IMG/VR virus record: IMGVR_UViG_3300035696_000004
Coordinates: 32,001 to 96,000 of that record
Source of the DNA: a virus
Taxonomy: Duplodnaviria > Caudoviricetes
Length of the DNA: 64,000 nt
Reading direction: 5' to 3' (one strand)
The notes under the pieces were generated by a model. That model had not been told where the DNA came from. It saw only the letters and a list, made by a program, of their open reading frames with translations, and made no database searches. Positions 56,631 to 64,000 of the stretch are shown here, piece after piece. Position 1 is the first letter of the stretch. The number at the start of each line of letters is the position of its first letter. The position numbers and the translations under genes were made by a program.

Positions 56631-57065
56631 TCATTCCGAGCAGTCAAAGTTCGACTCGATAAACCGATCGAAGCTCGCATCATCAGCTTCCAGAATCTGG
56701 CTAGCTACTCGAATGACCGCTGTGACCAAAGCGACCACACCCTTACCTGCCGGAATGATCTCTAGCGAAGGGTCGAAATAGCGTTCACGCGGCGGCCAGC
56801 CGAGCCGCACCCCAACACTCCCAAGTACGTTCTCGCTCGCAATATACTGACCATGAACACCGACATACTTGTCGTTGTCATACAGGAAGGGATCATTACA
56901 GGATGTTCCCAACCCAAGCAACGTAATCAGTTCGAAGCAGTCTGCGCTAAATTCACGCAATTCACGCAAATTCTCAGGGCTGCTGAACAATTCCGTTTCG
57001 AGAAAACTCGAAACTTTTTCTTTGTCCGGCCGGCAGGCCAGGAAACCGAACAGGAGAGGGCTCAT
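56631..57065 (-). CDS. hypothetical protein
   Basis: ATGA overlap; KYVGVH..Y..S. Confidence 0.6.
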   Translation of the reverse strand: MSPLLFGFLACRPDKEKVSSFLETELFSSPENLRELREFSADCFELITLLGLGTSCNDPFLYDNDKYVGVHGQYIASENVLGSVGVRLGWPPRERYFDPSLEIIPAGKGVVALVTAVIRVASQILEADDASFDRFIESNFDCSE

Positions 57066-57559
57066 TTGAAATTCTCCGGATTAAACTCGGGAAGGTGCCC
57101 GAAGAGTTTCTCAGCCTTCAAAACCGCGACCCGAAAGATGGCGCGCCGCACGGCAAAGACCTTGATTTCGGGTTGTCGAAGTTCATGAGCCGTCAGATCA
57201 CCATGAAGCTTCCATGACACACAGCGGCGTTCAAAGCGCCGCTCCAAGGAATCGGTATCGATTGTGATCCAGGCCTCGACGCTATGTAAAGCTGGGTTGG
57301 TTTCCAACTCGATGTCTTGTGCGACCATCAGATCAAAGGCTTGTGCCGAAAGGTCGTCAGGATTCCATTTCAGTTCGTCCCCGTTAGAAACCCGATAATA
57401 CACACCGTCGCCCGCGATGATCTTAAAATCAAGACCCATCAACTTGGCAGTCAGCGCAGTGTCCCGCATGCTCACCGAGCCACTAACCACCGCTAGCGGT
57501 TTTGTTGATTCTTTTACGGGTCTGACAATGAGATCAAACCCTTCATTCTCTTCGCTCAT
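57062..57559 (-). CDS. ABA-sandwich-like paralog
   Basis: WNP.D.SA.AF.LM; C-terminus KAEKLFGHLPEF matches KAERLFGELPEF of the 56169 ORF. Confidence 0.65.
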   Translation of the reverse strand: MSEENEGFDLIVRPVKESTKPLAVVSGSVSMRDTALTAKLMGLDFKIIAGDGVYYRVSNGDELKWNPDDLSAQAFDLMVAQDIELETNPALHSVEAWITIDTDSLERRFERRCVSWKLHGDLTAHELRQPEIKVFAVRRAIFRVAVLKAEKLFGHLPEFNPENFK

Positions 57560-57615
57560 TATTCGCCCACCCCCATGCGTTTGTTGATCGCTTTGACCGT
57601 ATCATTTTGCGTCAT
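57559..57615 (-). CDS. candidate 18-aa micropeptide
   Basis: MTQNDTVKAINKRMGVGE; RBS AGAGGA; TAATG coupling to the next gene. Confidence 0.45.
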   Translation of the reverse strand: MTQNDTVKAINKRMGVGE

Positions 57616-57668
57616 GGCATTTCCTCTCTAGGAAAAAGGCGGTAGGGACGAACCCTACCTAGATTAAG

Positions 57669-57689
57669 CCCTCCCCGTTTCGGGGAGGG
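57669..57689 (-). terminator. hairpin
   Basis: CCCTCCCCG-TTT-CGGGGAGGG. Confidence 0.65.
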
Positions 57690-57704
57690 TGGTACAACAG
57701 GATG

Positions 57705-59366
57705 TTATTCGAAGCGATCCAGTCGATACGACGTCCAGCCCAGATCTGTCTTCACTTCGAGGAGGACGTTGGGGTCAAAGCTCAGGAACCACCCCAGCGC
57801 CATCTGACCGCCGACGTCTCGGCCAGCGGCCTGATGAGTCGACGAATAGGCTTCGATCGTGGCACGGACCCCGTGCAGTTCCGAACGAAGAATCTCCGGG
57901 AAGAGACACGAAGCTATCTGGATATGTTCTTTCGGCACAGCGCCTTCGAGGACGAACAGGTGGCTTTCCTTGAAATTGTGCTTCGTTTCCGGATCTTTCC
58001 AGGTCGGAACCGACGGCAACACGGCCAGTACTTCAACCGTGCGATTCAGCGAGTAATCGGTAAACACCGGATGCGTCACATGGACGTACCAGTTGAACGG
58101 ATTCCGGGCCTTGTCCGTTTCGTAGCTGAACAACCGGCCAGCAGCCGGATCGACCCCGGTCAAAATACCGCCCAGGTTCGTACGCGGTACGTTAAAGTGC
58201 AACCGGATTCGTTGTGCCGTCGGGAGGATGGTCCTGGCGAACACGTCGAAGGTTTTGACGCCGCCATAGACTTCGCTGACTTCGTTCTCGGCTTTCGGTT
58301 TTTGATCGTCCCCTTTTCGAGCGATATCCCCGAAGATGCCGCCTTTCGATTCCTTGGCGGGTTCGGGAGTTGTGCTCCAGAGAGGCGTCGTAAACGCCAG
58401 GACTTCATCGAGCGTTGCGAAACGACGTTGCAGTGCCGTCTCCAGACCCAGTTCAGCGATGAGCTTTTCAGCTTGCTGGACGTTCCCTTCCGTCGGCGCG
58501 GCAGTCGGCCGTTGATAGACCCACGGCGCGACGATCTTGTTGTGGAAACGAATGATCTGGTCGGTCGACATCCCGCTCTGGATATTCTCGAGCAGAGTAC
58601 CGACAGTGCTATCTCGGAACTCGCACCAGCCGTTCGGAGCGATGGTTGCTTCTTTGAAGAGCAGGTTCGACAGATGAAGTTTGTTCTTCACCGTGTCTTT
58701 CATCGTGCTGACCTTATAGAGCCATTTAACCCAGGGGATGAACTTTTCGCCGCTTTGAATCTCTGCGGATTGCAGGATCAGGAGCGCTTTTTTGAAGAGT
58801 TCGGTCCGTGCTTCGCCGAGCTTGAACAGTCCGCTGACGAGGACGCGATGGCGTTCGCGATACGCTGCTCGGCAGGTGCGATTCGTTTGACGGGTGCTCG
58901 AGAAGGACCTGGTGATTTCTTCCGGAACATAGAGGTGGTTGAAGCCACCGCTTTCATGAGCACCCCATTCACCGCCAGTGGCGCTATTGCCGGGGTAGTA
59001 GAACGTCGTGTCCACGACACCGGCACTTTCAACACTGTGTTTGAGTGTTGCCAGCGCATCTTCGAAACCGGCCGGGGCATCTTCGGGATCCCAGAGTGCC
59101 GACTTCAGGGAACCGTCTTCGAGAATGTATACGGCGTTGCCGTACATGGAAATGAACCGGCGGCAGGTCGAGCAGTTGTGTTCTTGGCGGTACGCTTCTT
59201 CAAAACTTTCGAGGAAAGCCGAAGAGAGGTGCTTGATCTTGACCGTGAACAGATCACGACCGTGGAGCTCGATGTTCTTTTCGAGAGTGGCTCGCACATG
59301 GGCGGCCAGTTCCTGATACGAGGCCCGGATCGAATCATTTTTGGATTCAGCTTGGAGAGCTTGCAT
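57705..59366 (-). CDS. RQxHNCxxCRxF family protein (long form)
   Basis: RQEHNCSTCRRFISMYG..ALW; C-terminal LFPEILRSELHGVRATIEAYS. Confidence 0.8.
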   Translation of the reverse strand: MQALQAESKNDSIRASYQELAAHVRATLEKNIELHGRDLFTVKIKHLSSAFLESFEEAYRQEHNCSTCRRFISMYGNAVYILEDGSLKSALWDPEDAPAGFEDALATLKHSVESAGVVDTTFYYPGNSATGGEWGAHESGGFNHLYVPEEITRSFSSTRQTNRTCRAAYRERHRVLVSGLFKLGEARTELFKKALLILQSAEIQSGEKFIPWVKWLYKVSTMKDTVKNKLHLSNLLFKEATIAPNGWCEFRDSTVGTLLENIQSGMSTDQIIRFHNKIVAPWVYQRPTAAPTEGNVQQAEKLIAELGLETALQRRFATLDEVLAFTTPLWSTTPEPAKESKGGIFGDIARKGDDQKPKAENEVSEVYGGVKTFDVFARTILPTAQRIRLHFNVPRTNLGGILTGVDPAAGRLFSYETDKARNPFNWYVHVTHPVFTDYSLNRTVEVLAVLPSVPTWKDPETKHNFKESHLFVLEGAVPKEHIQIASCLFPEILRSELHGVRATIEAYSSTHQAAGRDVGGQMALGWFLSFDPNVLLEVKTDLGWTSYRLDRFE

Positions 59367-59426
59367 TCTTTTCTTCCCTTGTTTAGTTGGTGGAGCAAAC
59401 TATTTGTTAGCACAATAAAAAATCAA

Positions 59427-59473
59427 CGGCATAACCCCCTACAGACCTGGAGAGGAATCCAAGGTCTGTAGGG
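59427..59473 (-). terminator. hairpin after the adhesin gene
   Basis: CCCTACAGACC...GGTCTGTAGGG; A-run further left. Confidence 0.6.
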
Positions 59474-59496
59474 TAATATATGCTTGAAAATTGTTT
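59473..59496 (-). promoter_or_regulatory. early-type promoter
   Basis: Minus strand AAACAATTTTCAAGCATATATTAC. Confidence 0.7.
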
Positions 59497-59501
59497 AAAT
59501 C

Positions 59502-60908
59502 TCAACAATTATTGCTGTTGTGGGTGAGGGTGCCATTGGCAAAGAACGTACTGATCGAATCCAATTCGAGCGTATACGTCTTGATCGTACCCGGAACCTT
59601 TACGATCTCAACAACAATGTCATCACTGTTCTCAAACATCTTGAGATGCGACCCAATTGTCAATGTCGCCGAGACGAGGTTGTCGTACGGTTCAGCCGAT
59701 GCCAAAGGATCGATAGACTTCCAGACACCGTCCTTAGGATCAAAGAACGGGTGGTCGTCTGTTGCACCAATTACAGTTCCTCGATCGCTCGTGATCAAGT
59801 AGTGGCAATCGCGTTCGACTTCGATCCTGCGTTTGACACGTGTGGTGACGTACTGCATCTTCACCAGATCAAACGATGTGACGGCGTAGCCATGGACCAT
59901 GACTTCAACAGGCGTATCGCCGAATGGTGTCTTGATCAACGTCCCCGAGATCAAGCAGCAATGACCGGTACTCGATCCAGATGATGTCGGGACAGGATAC
60001 ACAATCGGAGCAGCGCCTGATGCCGAATACGCACCTGCGGTAGAACCATAGATCGTACCGACATTACCCCATGTGATCGTGTGGCCATTAGGAACGATCG
60101 CTGGTGCACCATAGCCACCGGCTCGACCCTCACCATAATACGGTGTCGAACCACCCCAACCGCCAGGTGCACCCCAACCACCGCCGCCGCCACCGCCTGC
60201 GCCACCGCCGTACACCTTACCGCTCGAGTTACTGGTTCCATCGCTACCTGCGGAACCATTTGCTCCAGCAACACCGCCCGAGTAACCACCGTGCTCAGCG
60301 ACACCACCGACACCACCACTGCCGGAACTCCCCCAACCGCCTATGTAGCGGAAGTCGCCATCCCATACGACCTCACCAGGCGGTGGGTTGTTGAACCCTT
60401 GACCGCCACCACCAGGACCTCCGGAGCCGCCGCTGTCGTAGGATTGCTGACCACCACCGCCGCCACCGCCACCGCCAGCAAAGTAGCCGTAGTTGTAGAT
60501 TGTGATGTCAGATCCCAAGCTAATAGCCGGCCCCCCATTTTGACCTACTGAGAGATCATTACGGTTATCTTGACCATCACCACCGTAGCCACCCGCTCCG
60601 GTTACTCCACCATAGTTGTAAAGCGTCAGCCCGTATGGATACGAACCCGCAAAATCGAGACCGGGTACATTGACATTATCGGAATAGATAATGACACCGG
60701 CGTTCACGGTAACAATCAGCTGTTGGCTACCATTCCATCCTGCTTGCAAGGCGTAACTGTGCAGAGCGAGTTTATTTTGGTTGCTCGCAATCGTCAGATA
60801 AAACTTGTTTTGGTACACCAATCGTGAATCGAGGTATGCTGTCTGGACGGTCTTGTTATCCAAAACCCAGCCAGCAACCAATTTCCCATCTACTCTGGTA
60901 GTTGGCAT
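59502..60908 (-). CDS. gp38-like glycine-rich adhesin with a C-terminal Hint (intein-like) domain
   Basis: LTLYNYG.V.G.GG.GG and FAGGGGGGGGG polyglycine motifs; Hint CLISGTLI.T...YTLEL...FFANGTLTHN; RBS AGGAGG, start 60908. Confidence 0.8.
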   Translation of the reverse strand: MPTTRVDGKLVAGWVLDNKTVQTAYLDSRLVYQNKFYLTIASNQNKLALHSYALQAGWNGSQQLIVTVNAGVIIYSDNVNVPGLDFAGSYPYGLTLYNYGGVTGAGGYGGDGQDNRNDLSVGQNGGPAISLGSDITIYNYGYFAGGGGGGGGGQQSYDSGGSGGPGGGGQGFNNPPPGEVVWDGDFRYIGGWGSSGSGGVGGVAEHGGYSGGVAGANGSAGSDGTSNSSGKVYGGGAGGGGGGGWGAPGGWGGSTPYYGEGRAGGYGAPAIVPNGHTITWGNVGTIYGSTAGAYSASGAAPIVYPVPTSSGSSTGHCCLISGTLIKTPFGDTPVEVMVHGYAVTSFDLVKMQYVTTRVKRRIEVERDCHYLITSDRGTVIGATDDHPFFDPKDGVWKSIDPLASAEPYDNLVSATLTIGSHLKMFENSDDIVVEIVKVPGTIKTYTLELDSISTFFANGTLTHNSNNC

Positions 60909-60958
60909 CGCGCACATCCTCCTGATACCAAAAAAAAAAGAATGATCCAAAAAGGATC

Positions 60959-60978
60959 GGGGAGCCCGTAGGCTCCCC
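60959..60978 (-). terminator. hairpin plus A-run
   Basis: GGGGAGCC-CGTA-GGCTCCCC. Confidence 0.65.
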
Positions 60979-60996
60979 TCAAAAGATTACTCTTTT

Positions 60997-62370
60997 TTAT
61001 CGAAGGATAGAAGCACTGTATCGGAGAATCGCATCAACCGATTTTCTTCCGTGGGTCGTCAGGCTATATCCACCCGAAACTGAATAGAGAATACCGAGCG
61101 CCACGAAGGCTGCTTGAGCACTCCTCACCGCAGGAGAATCGTACTTGTAAGCCGGAAAAGGCGTATGGTAATAGTGCATCAGCAGTTGCATTTCCAAGGG
61201 GGTAAGAACATTCTCGGTACGATCGAGCAGACCCGGATCGTCCGGAGGGCACTTGCCCGTGTAGCCCTTTGGCAGTTTTGGCCAGCTGAACATGGGTTGC
61301 GCCTTATTTTCGGGATGTTTACTGAGGGACACCGGAGCGCGAGAGTGTTGGCCGCGAGCGGTGTGAAGTTTTTCAAGAGCTGCTCGCATATGAGCGCTGT
61401 TGTCCCGAGGGATCTGATCCTCCAGACCCATGCTTCCGAGAACCGCCATGTAATCAGTGAATGCTTTGTTGTCCCCCGAGCGCCCTTGGTTAATTTTTTC
61501 ACCGAAGCTGACGAGTTCTTTCCATTTGAGTGGGATGTGCTCATGAAGACTATCCACATCCGAAGGCAGGCCGTTTCTGATACTTCGAAGACCCTCGAGA
61601 AAGTTTGCATGGATGTGGTCGTTACCAGTATAAAACTCGCTGTCGCCGTTTTCGAAGGAGGAAATCACAAAGAGATGCCATAATTCAGTTATCCAAACTG
61701 GACCACGTCCACTGAGCAGCCAGCATGTAAATAAAAAGCGATCTGGGACAGCAAAACGCACAGCGTTGGACTGTCCTGCATTGGAATAGACAACGCGTAC
61801 GTTCTTTTCCTGAAATCCTGCAAAGGTGATCAGAAAAGATTTGAATCCGGCAGCTATCTGCGCTTTCCCGATATCAATAAACCCAGGGTTTAGAGCGAGA
61901 TGAATTTCCGGTTCATCTTTCAGACCGATTTCGACAGCCACGACTTTCAGGAGCTGGAGAAGCAGAGCAACCCGCTCGTAGATCTTACCTGCTTCGGGCG
62001 AAACAGGTTGCACCCAATATTCCGGCAAGAAGAAATTCTCTAGTGGTATATCCGTCCTTGCCCGGAGCCTGCTCAAGCATACTGCCAGATCTTCGGCAGG
62101 CAGACCTTGAATTACTTCGCAGATCATTTTAACAGCGGGTGTGTTGATGAAACGATGGTCTATTAGTCCCTGATGGGAATCGTTATTAAGATCCCGATAC
62201 CATAGGCGGCACTGGCCGATATTTGGCCAGGTCGCTGCCCTGGGGTGTTCCCGGACGGGCATCCCGTAAAATTCAATCAAAATTCGAATGAGCATGGCTT
62301 GCTGCACGAAGGCCTCGTTACTGTTGTTAGAAGTTCCAACCGTGTACACCCTATTTTCAGTTTGGGTCAT
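60997..62370 (-). CDS. hypothetical protein
   Basis: 457-aa ORF with RBS AAGGAA. Confidence 0.7.
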   Translation of the reverse strand: MTQTENRVYTVGTSNNSNEAFVQQAMLIRILIEFYGMPVREHPRAATWPNIGQCRLWYRDLNNDSHQGLIDHRFINTPAVKMICEVIQGLPAEDLAVCLSRLRARTDIPLENFFLPEYWVQPVSPEAGKIYERVALLLQLLKVVAVEIGLKDEPEIHLALNPGFIDIGKAQIAAGFKSFLITFAGFQEKNVRVVYSNAGQSNAVRFAVPDRFLFTCWLLSGRGPVWITELWHLFVISSFENGDSEFYTGNDHIHANFLEGLRSIRNGLPSDVDSLHEHIPLKWKELVSFGEKINQGRSGDNKAFTDYMAVLGSMGLEDQIPRDNSAHMRAALEKLHTARGQHSRAPVSLSKHPENKAQPMFSWPKLPKGYTGKCPPDDPGLLDRTENVLTPLEMQLLMHYYHTPFPAYKYDSPAVRSAQAAFVALGILYSVSGGYSLTTHGRKSVDAILRYSASILR

Positions 62371-62382
62371 TTCAGTTTCCTT

Positions 62383-63213
62383 TTAGTAATCGTTGACGGG
62401 ATCCGGATACCCGCACTGGACCAAATGGTCGGTGGGTATCTTTAGTTTTGTCGAATGATCCTTTTCTTTTTTGCGGATCGTGCGGTAACGTTTCATGAGT
62501 AACGGAAGTTGGCTTTTCTTCTGCTTTCTGAGAATCGCCTCTTGGAGGGCCATTTCGTGATCAACACACGAGGTGCAGAGACCACAAGGAAGAATAGGAA
62601 TGGAGTCGTCTTTCTCCAGTTTCTCGACGGCTTCATGGGTGAATTCAACTCCCACGCCATTTTCATCGACAGGTAATTCACATACCCAAACCAGATCAAG
62701 AAGTTCCAACGGGAGTTCATCGATCAACCGGAACTTGTCCCAAAGCGCCAGTGGAGTCGCAAGAGGAACCGGATCTCCTATTTTCGTAAAGTATTGGAGA
62801 TGTTTCCAGGCCTCCTCCATCGAGTGTTGATAGAGATTGATTCCGTCCCCGGCCACCGTCCCGATTTCAAGACGTGAATGTCGATTGCCATTAATCATCA
62901 TCAGGGCACCAAACATCCAGTGGTTCATCTGGCTAAATTTAGTATTGACCCCGATGTAGTCCTGACCGATGGACAGGTTGTTCATTTTGCGAATGTGTCT
63001 CTCTTTTGAATGGTCAGCAAACCACCTGGTGATTTTACGAATCGCCCTCTGCTCGGCGACTCTTTTTGCACCGTGTTGATATCCGTCAACGTAGAGGATA
63101 TCAACATCAGTATCGTCAGACCCCATGAGATTTCGGTAAAGCAATGTTGTTGAGTCCAGACCGCCACTCATGAGGACGAGTGGGATCTTCTCATTATTAT
63201 CGGTATCAGACAT
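62383..63213 (-). CDS. QueC-like PP-loop ATPase (7-cyano-7-deazaguanine synthase family)
   Basis: LMSGGLDST PP-loop; WVC...CGLCTSC zinc cluster. Confidence 0.75.
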   Translation of the reverse strand: MSDTDNNEKIPLVLMSGGLDSTTLLYRNLMGSDDTDVDILYVDGYQHGAKRVAEQRAIRKITRWFADHSKERHIRKMNNLSIGQDYIGVNTKFSQMNHWMFGALMMINGNRHSRLEIGTVAGDGINLYQHSMEEAWKHLQYFTKIGDPVPLATPLALWDKFRLIDELPLELLDLVWVCELPVDENGVGVEFTHEAVEKLEKDDSIPILPCGLCTSCVDHEMALQEAILRKQKKSQLPLLMKRYRTIRKKEKDHSTKLKIPTDHLVQCGYPDPVNDY

Positions 63214-63245
63214 TCGAAAATCCTTTATAGATGAGATGAGCTTTT

Positions 63246-63734
63246 TTAATCGACTTCGAGCGAAAATGTCAGCTTGAGACTTTCCAGCTTGTCATTGACG
63301 GGGTAAGTATGGTTCCCCGAATAGCCAACGAAGACCGGGTCTTTCGATTCAGCGTCGTCGTCTACTTCGTACACAACGAACTCTGCGATCACCGGCGTGG
63401 TACCCGTACCGAACGCTGCCACGTAAGAACGCCTGTAGCATTCGAGTTCTTCCTTGTTAAGGGTGAGGAGGACGTCACCGGACTCGAGCATTTCGAGATA
63501 CTTCTCATCGTACTCGACGACTTCGTTGAGTTTTTCATCATCCCATGTCTTGGATACCCGATAGTCCTCGATCTTCAAGGTAGCGGGTGTGTCAATCGAA
63601 TAGAAACGGCCCAACGGAACCGGGCGCGCAAGTTGGGTTCGATGAAGTGATCGAAAAGTTTCCAGTATGAAATCATACGGATGCTGAATGAGTTCGAGAC
63701 CCGTACCCACTTTTACAAAATAACGTTTTGTCAT
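63246..63734 (-). CDS. hypothetical protein
   Basis: RBS AAGGAG. Confidence 0.65.
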   Translation of the reverse strand: MTKRYFVKVGTGLELIQHPYDFILETFRSLHRTQLARPVPLGRFYSIDTPATLKIEDYRVSKTWDDEKLNEVVEYDEKYLEMLESGDVLLTLNKEELECYRRSYVAAFGTGTTPVIAEFVVYEVDDDAESKDPVFVGYSGNHTYPVNDKLESLKLTFSLEVD

Positions 63735-63759
63735 GTCAACTCCTTAAATGAGGGAATAG

Positions 63760-63788
63760 CCCCTGTACCGGCTAAGCCGGTACAGGGG
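63760..63788 (-). terminator. hairpin
   Basis: 13-bp perfect stem CCCCTGTACCGGC / GCCGGTACAGGGG. Confidence 0.7.
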
Positions 63789-64000
63789 TGTGGACTTTAT
63801 GATTTGTCAACTTCCACCACTCGCACAGCGGGTCGCCACATCCAATCGGATCCGGATGAAGGACGTGCCTTCCGAAAATTCTTACGATTGAATTTACGGA
63901 ACGGCTGGGATGGTACACGACCTGGAAGAATGTTGCATCCCAAAGGGATGTTCCGGACGCTCCGAACAGCCAGTATCCTTTTGTGAGGGCGTCCCCAAAA

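Noticed and set aside
57702-59471. 589-aa plus-strand ORF
   Set aside because: Antisense shadow of the HNCxxC gene; runs through the hairpin region
63797-64000. 3' end of a minus-strand CDS at the window edge
   Set aside because: Two frames are open and the true frame cannot be determined from this window
1-64000. tRNA, rRNA, CRISPR array, integrase, transposase or reverse transcriptase
   Set aside because: No cloverleaf, repeat-spacer array or relevant motifs recognised by eye; tRNAscan-SE and a CRISPR finder would confirm

Overview
This window is a segment of a phiKZ-like (Chimalliviridae-type, nucleus-forming clade) jumbo phage genome; the assignment is by recognition of protein families and gene order, with no database search run. 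The left half (about 1-34 kb) is conserved core: probable baseplate/fibre proteins, a CYTH-like protein, a spanin pair, RuvC, a probable portal, a non-virion RNA polymerase beta-type subunit, the 747-aa major capsid protein, DnaB helicase and three paralogous inner-head proteins with A-x-E maturation sites. The right half (about 34-64 kb) is a minus-strand array of accessory genes driven by repeated TTCAA-N3-TATATTAC promoters. It includes a BCS1-like AAA ATPase, a Toprim primase fused in frame to a NADAR-like domain, degenerate HNH proteins, dCTP deaminase, an ACP-like protein lacking the phosphopantetheine serine, a gp38-like adhesin fused to a Hint domain, and a QueC-like protein. The most striking non-coding signal is a complete type I hammerhead ribozyme core (46244-46309, minus strand) in an interval of about 400 nt with no convincing ORF. 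Cleavage would release a structured RNA of about 300 nt ending at a downstream hairpin. No tRNA, rRNA or CRISPR array was recognised. Many listed ORFs are antisense shadows.
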